NCBI GenBank assembly: GCA_030141605.1
Contig: JAQGDQ010000308.1
Location: 62,001-126,000, forward strand
Reading direction: 5' to 3'
Source: Tubiluchus corallicola
Lineage: Eukaryota; Animalia; Priapulida
DNA: 64,000 nucleotides
The notes below the pieces were generated by a model. It worked only from the letters and a program-made list of their open reading frames with translations. It was not told the origin of the DNA and ran no database searches. The stretch's first letter is position 1, and every line of letters begins with the position of its first letter. Both the position numbers and the translations under genes were made by a program. Below, in pieces: positions 14,693 to 26,992 of this stretch.

Positions 14693-17600
14693 ATGGGAAA
14701 GAAGAAGGCTAATGCACTTGGTAATGCCATTATTCGAAACAAGCATGGAGGCAAAGGAAGACGAGGTCAACAATCTTTTGTAAGTGTAACCCCATTGTCT
14801 AGTAATTTTTGATAGTGATAGTTTTATTGTCTTGGCTAGACAAACAAAATGAATCTGTTGAATCACACAAATAAGAAATACAGCTAATAAATATATAACT
14901 CAACATGTATACTGGAAACTATTGTTGCATATTCTTACGTGCTTCTTCCCATTAATGGCTGTTATCGGTCATATGGTTTTCCTGCCTTTGACCACAAGTT
15001 GTGACAGTTAAAAATGTTGCATAATTGATTTTTTAAATAATGCTAAAAAACTTAACAAAAGAGTGTAAGAATTTTATTTTATGGTGATGATATTGGCTAA
15101 TGATTTCTAGGAGCGTTAATTATTATTTGGGTATATCAGTAGTTAGGATTGTTGTGAATTAAAAGCATGCTTATCACCTCACAATTTTTGTTAAAATGTT
15201 GTCAACATTTACTCTTGTGAAATTTTTCAGCTACACACTAGCGAAATTAACGATGGTTACGACTGGGGACGATTGAACTTGCAATCTGTCACTGAGCAGA
15301 GTGCGTTAGATGACTTTCTAAATACAGCAGAATTAGCAGGCACTGAATTTACAGCTGGTATCTAAAATGTTATATTTCAAACATAGACTATTATTTTGTA
15401 TTATTTCCCTGTTTCTCTTCAGTGAAACTTAATATAACTTACCTAGATTTTTCTTTGTTAGTGTGTAAGGCAATGCTGTGTCATTCAATTTCCGGTTCTT
15501 CGACAGATCAGCTAGATGGGATGATTTATATTAAAATGTTAGAGTGTTTACATTATTTTTAATAAGTCTGTTAAATTAGATCTCTGAACAACACATCCGG
15601 AAAAAGTCTTAACTATATCAAAAAAGGTAAACACAAAGCTGCAACGTATAATTACCTTTTCAGGTAAGGCTCTGCATGTCTTTATACTCCGCGGCGTTAG
15701 GTTTAACTTTGCTATTAAATTGAGTTTTATGAAAATAGTGAGATTGTCTTAGAGTGTTTAACAGACCTCATCATGGGTCTTTGGGAAAGAATTTAAAAAT
15801 GACAGTTAAGGATGTCTATTTCATAAATTTGGATGCACTGTCATATTAAATTAAAAGTAATTGGTATTAAGCTTAGTGTTTTAGCCTCATAATTTAATAT
15901 CGTAAGATATTTTCGTAGATTTTTCTGCTATGATAATGGTTACCTGTTTTTTAGATTATTAAATTATTCATTTACTATTCACTTCTCTAATTGCCGGAGC
16001 AAAATTTAATAGTTTTTTTAAATGTTGGGCTTTATTAGATAATAGCACAACAAATAAGAAGTCAGTTTTAACCCCACAACCATACTGAGCAAGTATCATT
16101 ATAATCTCTGGGGTCACACGTCCTCTGACATGACTCTTACAATCACTTTAGTCGATGTTGTCCTGTTTTGTGCAACCTTCCATGTGTCTGTATTTTTGAT
16201 GTCTAGTGGTGTACTGATAAGAACTTTTTTGATGAGATTAATGTTAATTAGCTACTGTCCTCCTTTTGATAGTCATATAACATATTCTATCCTTCTCCTT
16301 TTGATTTTATTTATCCATTCGTCGGCCTTGACTTTATTGTACAGATTCTGGTTTGACATTTTCTTCGGTCATTTTATTCCTAGAATGTTCCTGTTGTTTC
16401 TTCTTTGGAATGCATCTATTTGTGATTTGTGATGTGTATTGATTATCCATAATTCTAAGTTGTAGAGAAACAAAATTTTCGCAAGTGCATCAAAGACTCT
16501 CAGTGACTCTTAATTTTGTTTCTAGACTGAACCTCTTATATTCAAAGTTTTTTGTTAATTTGGAATATGCTGCTAGTGCTAATATTTTTCTTCTTGATAT
16601 ATTTTCATCTGTTGCTAGAATACTGCCTATACTGTCTACAGTCTTTATGATAGTCATTTTATGGCCGTGTCCTGTTACCTGCAGCTTTCTTAGTTTATGA
16701 GCAAGTTCATCAACTGTAATCAACTGTTCATCACAGTTTGAAAAATTGTTGTGTCCTATAATTTATGTTTAAATACTGTTTACGAAACTAAATAATTGAA
16801 AAATTGTTGTATCCTATAATTTATGTTTAAATACTGTTTACGAAACTAAATAATTGCTATCAGCTTTTGATAATGATAACTGATGTATATTAGCAATGGC
16901 TAAATGATAAGGTTTAGACCATTATTTCTTGAAAGTGTCATTGTGTTACTGTTTGAAATGGCAGAATCATTCACACAACTTAAGTGAAGCTGCCAAGCAG
17001 AGACAACTTGAACTTATTTGGTAAAAATCTTAGCTTATTGTACTGCATGTTATGTATTAGCTGTCTTATGATGATACACAGCAGTTGCCTGAATGTCATA
17101 TTTTAACATGTTAATGATTCCAACTGTTTTTGCAGAGAAGCTTAACGTTACTGTTGTTTCACCTAACACTGGGGGATTGCCTAGCAAAGAAGAGCTTGCT
17201 TCTGTTATAGACACACAGAATAAATATCGGGAACATTTGAATATACCTCGAAGGTATTTTTTTATGTTTTAATGTATTTTCGTAATTGTAAAGTGCTACG
17301 CTAATAGCAAATAAGTAATGTTAAGCAGAGAATGTTGCAGTGTTTATGAAGTAGTGGAAAAGTGAAACTAAATAGAGTTTTGACCTCGTCTCACAATATA
17401 TAGATCATACAGCACCAGTTTCTACTGTATAGCTTTATGGATAAAGCATTTCACATATAATATCAATTCATTAAGATTAGCATACGATAGTGGAATCAGA
17501 AAAGTTTTTGGCTTACTATATAATTTAGTGCTAGTAAAGTGTGCACTTGGTTAAATTACTTACATTTACTGCTGTCAACAGGCAGCTTGTGCTTAGCTTG

Positions 17601-20600
17601 AAACTGTGTGTGATAAACAGCGATAAACAGTGTGATAATACATTGTTGAATGTATTAGCCAGAAATCTGGGTTGGGCCTACAGATCTTGCTTTTTAAAAG
17701 TGTAATGTTATTTTGTATGACTGTGTAATTTTTGCATACCACATTATGTTTATGTGTTTAATTGCTGATACACTTACTGCAAATATTATGCACCTTGCAC
17801 TTGTACTTAAATTATTAGTGCAGAATTGTTTAGCCATTTAACTGAAAGTTTTTTCTGGTCAATAAATTTCAGTAAAGTGAAGTAACAGAAATTTTGGCAG
17901 TTTTTCAGGCATGTTGATTTTATCGGGTTTTGCCAGCAATTGTACAAGTTAATCTTCATATCTATTTATACTAGATAGACTGAATATTCAAAAAATGGGC
18001 TTTTTGTTTCAGACCCAATTGGGATAGTAACACCACGGCAGAACAATTGCAAAGTAAAGAACAAGAGGATTTTCTAAATTGGAGAAGAAGTTTGGCACAG
18101 TATGAAGCTATTTATTGATATACTGGGTGGCCTTTAAAAAACTTCACCAAATTCAAAGTTCGTAGCCTAAAACATTTGAAGTAATCTGGGTAGAAATTTT
18201 TGACGCTTTAGCATGAGCATGCTGTGTACAGTTGGTGCAAGTTTCAATGCCTTAGTTATTGTAACTATTTTCAGAAAGATAAAATTCACAAAGCAAGAAT
18301 TGATGTACTAAGGAAAACGAATTTCTTTACAACAGTTATTACAGGTAGTCCACCAGATTACAGCTAAAATACTGAGGCTGTATTTTATTTTTTTGTTAGT
18401 AGGTGACTTTGGTAGGTTTGGGTAAGGTGTATTATGAGTTTTCACACTAGTGTCAAGCTTCCCACACTGAGTTAGAATGTCAGGCTAGTGGGCTGCTTCT
18501 AGAGTCGTGTTTTTGTAAATATACTTGCTTGCTTGCTTATAAGGTCATATAGGAGAGTGCAACCTCTGTAGTTGGGTAGTTGGATTAACAGATAAAGTAT
18601 TACTTCTTCACTCTGCTTGTACTACGGCAAGGCTGATTTTGCTCTGTCAAATAATATCTGCAAGAATGTTCCATAAAAATTGCTATTTGATGTTTTTCTA
18701 TATCAGGTTTGTTGTTTAATGTATGTTAGTTACAATTTGACTTGTTGAGAATTTATTAAATAAGATAAGGTTTACAATCAGAAAGTAAAAATATGAATGT
18801 AGATCTAGAAAACAAAGTTTTTAACTTTCATTGCTAGGCATTAGACATATCCATTGATGTTGTGCTTCAAATAAATGAGGCTGTAGTTAACAGGGAAACA
18901 ATATTATAACAAACAGTTGCACATATTAGAGGCCCAGAGAAAGAACTGGATTTAAAAGTAGCTGTCCTGTACTTTGAAATGTTCATGCCAAAGACTGTCA
19001 CAGTTGAAAAACCAGTAGAGGTACAAAAGTAGTAATAAATACTGTTAAATACTGCTTTTAAATATGGTCACATGCTTTTAAATAAATTAGTAATGAGAAG
19101 GTTTCAGAACTATCAAAGTTCATTTTTCTTTGGAATGTTCATCTTAGATCAATTATGAGCTAAGCATTAATCATAAGTTGATTTTTTGCAAGACATAAAA
19201 AAACTATTAATTGGATTTGGATTATTTTAGGCTGGAAGAAATTCAGCATTTGGTGGTCACTCCATATGAGAAAAATCTAGATTTGTGGAGACAGCTTTGG
19301 CGTGTCATTGAAAGAAGGTACAGTGTGGGATATCACAGTTAAGAAAACAAATCATTCTGAAAATAAACTTCTTTATCTAATTCAAGATCTCCAAGCTGGT
19401 ATGCAACACTTAACTACATGACCTACTTAATATCATTAAGTAGATGGACCAGACGAGCATCTCATTATCTAGGAGTTTGTTTTAGGATGAGATCCTGAAC
19501 CAGATCTCTTAGATATATATATATTTTTCCTCCATGAAGTAAATAAACAGCTGAGGAAAGTATGGCAAATTAAGCCATCTAGAAGCCAAATCAACCATCC
19601 ATTTACTAACCAGGCGCAGCACAACTTAACTTCGGTCCCTAAATACACCACGTAATCACTTCACCTGGATATTTTCCTTACCCCAACGAAAATAACAATG
19701 AAAGACATTAAACAAAAATGTTTTTTTTTTGTTGTTAAGGATTGAAACAATTAACAAAAATCTGAAAATAAAGAAACTGGAAACACAGCTACTTTTCTAT
19801 TACTTTAGTTTCAGGTTTTTATTGTGGGATTTTCAGAATTATAGGCCCGGTTTAAAGTGAGTGACATGGTTGCTGTGCTGTACTGTTTCACTGATTGCAT
19901 TTGCTTCTAGTGATGTTGTAGTACAAATAGTGGATGCAAGAGATCCCTGTATATTCCGCTGTGAGGATTTAGAGAAAAACGTGAAAGAAGTTGATCCAGA
20001 AAAAGTTAACATGATCTTGGTGAACAAGTCGGATCTGTTAACCCAAGGACAAAGGTTGGTTGTTTTGATTTGTACAAATTCCATTTTTTTGTTTTTAAAT
20101 TACCATATTTTTTAATAACTTTAAATTATTTTTTCAGTCACATATTGACTATAGGCATACAAAAAGCCAGAAAATTGTAATGTACGAATGTTTTTAATGA
20201 ACAAATATACTTAATTTACGTCACTTTTAATATATGTATTATATAATAATATAATAATATATATAATATATATAGAAAAAAACCAAACCATCTGTAAAAA
20301 GAGTCTCCTTACTTATAACCTTGGAACATTTAAGAGGAACATCAAGTGAATTCTGTCCGAGCTCTCTATATCATCAGTTCCTACATCATCTTAGTATGTT
20401 TACCTGCTGGGATATTTTTATTTAAAAACACAATATTAAGTGCACCTAAAAACAATATTATGTGTTTATGTAATAAACTGCTCAGATCAAATTAATAAAC
20501 TATAAACTAACTAGCATGGCCCTCAAAAGCATATCACGCAAAGTTAGAACTATGCATTATTTTTCGCTACAACATGAAATGCTATTTAACCTATTCATCA

Positions 20601-23600
20601 ATGATCAATACAATAATTTACCGAAACCTTATGTGATGCTTTGTTTTGCTGAGAATAATACATATAACATACGAATGGGCTATAATTCTATGCAGGCATT
20701 CTAAAACAACCTAAGTTCAGTTTCTTTTCTTTGATGTATGCATTGTGAAGAATGGCGAGCCTGCTGGACCTCTTGTCATGGAAATTTTGTATACATTCAG
20801 TTATCCATAGACAGTGTGTAAGTAATCCCACAACGAAGATATGAAATAAATGAAAAAACAAGTCGTTTTATTTTTTCATTTCTTTGTTCTAGGATTTTGT
20901 AATTATTTTTTTAATGTTTGTCCTTAAAAGTTATTTCGGAGTTGCATATCAGCAGAATTCATATCTGTTAGGTATATTGGTGCACTTCAAGGTACTATAA
21001 AGCAATATGAAATAGGTGATAATGTTTTTATTGCTTGATCTTTGTAAGTGAGAACTGAACCAGTGAACAGCAGTAAAATGTGTTAAACTGAGTTGAATTT
21101 TTTCCACGCATCTTGAGTTTTTTAGGCACAATTATAATGATAGCAGAAAGGATCTTTCTGTAAAACTTATGACACACCAAGGCATCCAGTGTTTGGAAGG
21201 TAGAAAGCACGTACATTTTGTCAATGGATGATGAAACCAAAGATTTTTGCAACAGGTCCTGGAAGCTCTTCTTATTTTTTGAGCATTGAGCATCCAAAGC
21301 GACTGTTCCTCAAACCAGCAAATGATGAATGGGCCAATGAATTGTTATTATTATTATGCAAATAAATAATGTAAAAAAGGAAAGCAGTGCAAAAGCAAAT
21401 TATTATCGTCCATTGTGTTTTTTGTGAAAGAACATAGATATTGGATGCCAAATGTTTTGTTGCCACCTTACTACCAAGTGAACACTAGGTGTTGGATGCT
21501 GTAAGCCAGACACCAGTTGCTGGATGCTTTGGTTTATTTTAAGCTTAATTTAGAGTAGAGTGCTGAGCTGCAACTTATTCATATTTATTCATATTTGTAG
21601 AGAACAGTGGGCTAACTATTATGATGAAATTGGTGTAATAGCTGTGTTTTGGTCAGCTACAATGCAATCTAAAAGTGTGAAGGTTTGTATAACTATTTGT
21701 TACGCCCCTAAAACCCGGAAACAAGTATTATTAATAAAGGATAATTCTGTAAAATTTAATTAAGCGTGTACAATAATAAATCGTTTATGCAAAAATACTG
21801 AAGATTTGCAGTTTCGATATATTTACATAAGTGTAGATTCATATTCATTTGGGATTTGTAAATGTATTAGGCTCGGTGTTCTACCTCCTTTTCATTACAG
21901 ACATGTTATAATTATTATTGGGTTGTACTGATTCTTAATTCTATGTTGTGCATGTTACACTTCAATGTCCAGTCCACACGATCCTTCAAAATACTGACAG
22001 TAAAAATACTGACATTCAGAAGAATGTTCACATGATAATTTTTCGCTGACAGTTAAAAATCAAGTTCAGCTTGATATCGTCAAACTTGAATGGCATTCAA
22101 ATTTCAGTGTTACTGTCGGCGTCTGCACGGTCCGTGAACATTAACAAACTCGAGACTGGCAGTGTTTTGATTGACTTTGTGTGTGGTCTATAAGGAAGTG
22201 AATATGAACAAACATACAAGAACATGTCAGTATTTTTTGAATATTTTTGTTAAGTTTTTGATCTACAGTTCAGTAGTCAAGTTTCAGTTTTTATTTTGCA
22301 GAAGTCTGATCCGCAAAGGAACTCAAGCGATGATAATAATGACAACAGAAGTGGTGATAGTGAAATTGTTGAGAGTGAAACTGATACGGTGCCTTTTGGT
22401 GATTTGAAAATTGTAGCAACTAATGGAAATGAAGATAGTCACGTAAATTCGTTGACAGTAAAACGTGATGATAATCAAACCAGTTTATGCCAAAATTGTT
22501 GTGATGCTGCTAAAATGTCGAACTCTGTTAATGAAGGAGAGATGTTATTCAATGCAACTAAAGTCAACTCTCTAATGAATTCAGAAATATGTCCATCTGT
22601 TGCTTTGGATGATGCTGCAAGTAAAGACACTACTTCCAGCAAAGGACAATTATTAAGTACAGAGGAATTATTGAATTTATTCAGAACAATTCATACTGGA
22701 AAGAAAGTCACACCTGGTTTAACTGTAATCGGATTGGTGAGGCATTAAAACTGTATCTTCATTATTTCCAAACTGAGTGATATAGTCAGCTGTAGTACAA
22801 TTATGTTTTAGCATTGTCTTCATGCACATGACTGACTATTTTCACTTTACTGGTTACCAGTGCTGAGTGTTGAATATTATATTCGATTTAATTTTCAAAT
22901 ATTGAAGCTCACACTTCAATTGTAAATATATAATTACAACTTTATAATTTTTTGTGTGGCCAAAAATGAGGTTTGCGCTATAACAATTAACTCTGGTACA
23001 TTGAATTTATGCTCTTGAATTACCTGTTGTAACCTGTTTATGTTATATGTGTTTACTTAAGAAGAAGTGGTTTATTTAGTTAGATCATGCAGACTCTGTT
23101 TCTGCAGATTGCGTGTAAATTGATATTTATTGTACTTCGTTAAATAAGTGTGTTTATCAACTGTATTTTTGATGGATATTGTGATGTTATATGTGATTTG
23201 ATTTTTGTTTGCTCTAGGTTGGGTATCCAAATGTTGGTAAAAGTTCGACTATCAACACCTTACTGGAAGACAAAAAAGTGGCAGTTTCAGCAACTCCTGG
23301 AAAAACAAAGCATTTTCAGGTAAATTTTCAACCCTTCCATCTGCAGGTCATCAAGTCTGCAAATGTTGTATTTGCATAGCACACTGACTTGTATTCAACC
23401 ATGGCTTTATTTGCATTTGTGGTGATTTGCCATACTAAATCAGTTGTAATTAGTCCACCCGTTCAGAGCGATGGACCTATTTCTTAGATTACAATCTTTT
23501 CTACTTCTCAGATTTCGATATCTTCTCTACTAACTTCCACTTGTTGAACATGATAAAGATATATATCTGGTTACATATTTCACAACTAAGTGCACCGGCA

Positions 23601-26600
23601 ACAAACTTTCATGCATTTGTGGAAACAAAATAAGGAAATTCACTTCAATACAGCATAACACTCTTCTCTTGAGTGTTGTACTACCAAAAGCAGTGCTTCT
23701 GGTGCTTCAATTTCTTCTTAGTTTTCCTTTTGCAGCCAGTATTTTTTAAGTTTCTGGTGGTGATAGCTCTCGGATTGATCATGGAACAAGGCAGCATGAA
23801 CAGCAATTCCCTACCTATTCGTTACACATAGTGCCTGGCTGTCATACTTGTGAATAATCTTGTTCCATTATTTTGTGACAGATTGCAGTTAATGCATGAG
23901 ATACAGATACTGATTAGTTCATTTTTCTTAAAATCGTTTTATGACTTTTGAACAGACACTCCACGTAGATGATACGGTGGTTTTATGTGATTGCCCCGGT
24001 TTGGTTATGCCTACATTTGTTGCTACAAAAGCACACATGGTCTTGAGTGGTATTTTACCTATTGACCAAATGCGTGACCATGTACCTCCCATATCCCTGA
24101 TATCCTTTTTTAATATTAGTAGTAAGTCTGGGCTCCTCTTATTTACCACGCCAAGATTGAGCACAGTGAGTTTCATTATCATTGGTAACTTTGTTGAGAC
24201 TTGTGTTCTGTCAAAATGCTGAAAACACATTTTATGTAATGGCTGTTTCTATAAATGTGCACTTTTAAGTATTCTTACATACTTATAAAAATCACAACAC
24301 ACGCATGCACACGCACGTGCACACACACATACACACATGCAGAACCTAAACAAGTAGGAACATTAAATTGTATTGTTTGTGTTGGTAACATATCACAAGT
24401 ATGCTGCTTGTGCAGGGAATTTTCATAGGAATTTATTTTGTTTCTGTAACCTTGACTAATTACCACGTGTGTCAGAATATTCCGCGACATTTATTGGAAA
24501 GAACTTATGGGATCATCATTCCTAAACCAGATGAAGGAGAAAATGAGGATAGACCTCCGACTGCCGAGGAGCTGCTTAATGCCTATGGTTGTAAGTATTA
24601 CATAGCTTTAACAGATTAAAACATGAAGACAGCTCAAGTATTTTTCTGGCAAGTCTAAATATTGTCTTCCGAGTTTTGTACTTGTTGCATTAGAAAGCCA
24701 CATAAACATAGAAATTATTGCATCATACTGGGAAAATGTTTTTCATAATGTGCTAAATTTGGCATTGGAAATGTGTGTTCAACCAACCAACAAACTGAAA
24801 TGTTTCCAAAAATTGCTGAAGTAACTGGATGTGGCAAAATTTTCGAGTAGAGACCACAATGGTTTTCTTTTCTTCAATTGTTTTTGGGCATCTCGAGACC
24901 AAGCACAAACAGCACACTGCTATTATTGCGATGTAAGAGTCGACTATGAAGTCCTTTAGAGCCTGCTGTTCAATGCCCTGCTTGTCACTCAAGCACAGTA
25001 TGTTACTCCAGTGTTTGGTTGCTTGTTACTTGCACCAGTCAAGTCACCAGGCATTCTAAGAAAACAACTACTGTCGTACATTTGCGATTCTTACTTTGAC
25101 TTGTCATTCTAAAATGTACGCACCCAACAATTAAATTTAATATTATTTACAGATATGAGAGGATTCATGACATCGCAAGGGAGACCAGATGGTCCAAGAT
25201 CTGCTAGACTTATTCTTAAGGATTATGTTTGTGTGAGTAAGGTGTTATTTGGATGGCTAGTCGGTCACAGATAATCAAAGACACTTCTTTTTTAATTGAC
25301 TGCATACGTAACTGTGTAGCTGTTCATTGCGTCAACTAAACTATAATGTGATGAGTTAAATTGTGAAGCTGTTGCTCATGAAATACAGTAGTTAATTTAA
25401 AAAGTCAACATTTTTTGAAATCTAAAATTTAGTCAGTAAAGAAAATATCAAGTGATTAATGAATGAATGAATTAAGTGGATCTTGGCAAATGAATACCTC
25501 CATCTGCTTTCATCATACTGTAACTAACATAATACGAAATGGGCTAAAATAATTGGCTGTGGCTGTGATAAATCTGCACTAATAAGTTTTGGCAGTGCAG
25601 ACTTCGGCTAAAAAAATTGAGAGCAGGTGAGCTGGCCCCGAAAAGTGAAGTAAACTTGTGATAAAAACTTTTGTAAATAAGATCTTTCTTATCATGCCAC
25701 CTTTGCATTTATTCTGTTTTTGTTTTCAAACATATTTTTCTGTTAAACGACTGACTTATTAGAAACAGATTTGTAAACTCAACTAGATTCATGAACTATC
25801 AATCAGTGGCATTCTTCATTCTTTATAATTGACATGTTTAATCCATTACCATTTGCATTTTTTTCAAACAATGGTTATCACATTTTTGCACTATGTACCA
25901 TATAGCTATGACGTTTACTATGATTTTGTACGATGACAGCATAACTCTAAAATGGCATTTCTATACTGTTTGGCTTACCAGCAGACCATGAAAGGGTGGT
26001 ATAGGAATTAAGATCCAGGACTTTTGCTGATCTTGTTTAAATGCAGTTTGAATTGCTCATTATTTTTGCCATGCCCTGAGAACTACTTGAAAAGATGTGA
26101 TTAATCAAGTCACCGATATTTTAGTTTATTGATGTTTGTTATACAGTGTTACTTTGAAGCATTTCTTCTGGTTATATAGGCTTGGTGCATCATGATGAAC
26201 TCGATTTCAGAAGTGTTACTTTACAAGAAAAATATGCAGACAAATTTTAGTTGTCGGTTACAATTAATAGCACTTTGTTTATAGTAAAAAAATTTAATAA
26301 TAACGTGTTATTCAGTCATTATTACACTTCATAGGGAAAGCTGTTACACTGTCGAGCTCCACCTGGTGTTGAACAAGAAAAGTATCAGGTTTTCCATCAC
26401 ATTCAAACTGGACAGAAACTAAACAAGAAAAGCGAGCACTCACATGTCAAAAGTAAAAGCAAATTAGTGGACGAAAGTTTTTTCAGTCAGGTAAATTAGC
26501 AAATTCTCAAGTGTTGAGCTACTATAATAGTGTCGTTGTTCTGTTGTCCTTATTGTTTTTTACTGTTCTTGTTGCACCTCCTTTTGTAACAGGGTAGAAA

Positions 26601-26992
26601 ACATAACTACGATCAAAAATTTAGAAAAATACCATTAGCTATGTGGCTTATTTGTGCATTAGATTAATTATATTTTGTAAAATTATCTTTCTTTTTTGTT
26701 TCTTTACTGTCATCTGTACCCTTTTGTTTACAACTGTAAACTATTTATCAGCTAAGTACTTATTGTCATCCTTATATAGCATTATATACAACATCAGAAG
26801 TCGTTATATGCATTTAGATGTGACGTACCTTGTTCTCATTTTCTTCAGGTGGACACCAAGGCTCATGTAAAAGGTACGGGTGTGCGTAAAGGGCCTCCAC
26901 AACCAAGTGTTGGCAAACCCCATCGTAAACATCACAATAAAAACAAAAAAGAGAAACTACGGCGTGTGTTTGGACATTTAGATCAAGTTTAG
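14693..26992 (+). CDS. LSG1: Large subunit GTPase 1 homolog, complete, about 638 aa. Exons 14693-14779, 15231-15357, 17136-17253, 18013-18099, 19231-19317, 19911-20054, 21601-21682, 22302-22736, 23218-23319, 23956-24099, 24467-24590, 25153-25232, 26335-26490, 26849-26992
   Basis: All junctions phase-consistent (1917 nt total). LHTSEINDGYDWGRLNLQSVTEQ, WRQLWRVIERSDVVVQIVDAR; circularly permuted GTPase motifs G4 NKSD, G1 GYPNVGKS, G2 TPGKT, G3 DCPG; C-terminal KHHNKNKKEKLRR. Confidence 0.96.
16050..16690 (-). mobile_element. RTE-like LINE 3' fragment
   Basis: Frameshifted post-RT sequence ISRRKILALAAYSKL..SLETKLRV..IDAFQRR..RNILGIK..SNQNLY. Confidence 0.65.
16740..16856. repeat. 58-bp tandem duplication
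   Basis: GAAAAATTGTTGTRTCCTATAA...AAATAATT x2, one mismatch. Confidence 0.95.
19585..19640 (-). mobile_element. 5S rRNA-derived SINE (SINE3-like) head or 5S pseudogene fragment
   Basis: Reverse strand CCGAAGTTAAGTTGTGCTGCGCCTGGTTAGTAAATGGATGGTTGA resembles the 5S internal control region (box A, IE, box C); the rest of 5S is not recognisable; weaker relative at about 2885-2910 (+). Confidence 0.6.
21176..21533. mobile_element. MITE with GCATCCA/TGGATGC repeats
   Basis: ACCAAGGCATCCAG ... CTGGATGCTTTGGT inverted termini and internal copies of the same motif. Confidence 0.5.
24100..24466 (+). other. U12-type (minor spliceosome) AT-AC intron in LSG1
   Basis: 5' end ATATCCTTT, branch-site-like AACCTTGAC at 24448-24456, 3' end CAC; removal joins PPISL to VCQNIPRH in frame, as expected for LSG1. 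Confidence 0.93.

Noticed and set aside
24100-24222. ORF extension ISFFNISSKSG... and GT donors near 24166/24185
   Set aside because: Homology to LSG1 stops at PPISL and resumes at VCQNIPRH after the AC; the extension is read-through into the U12 intron
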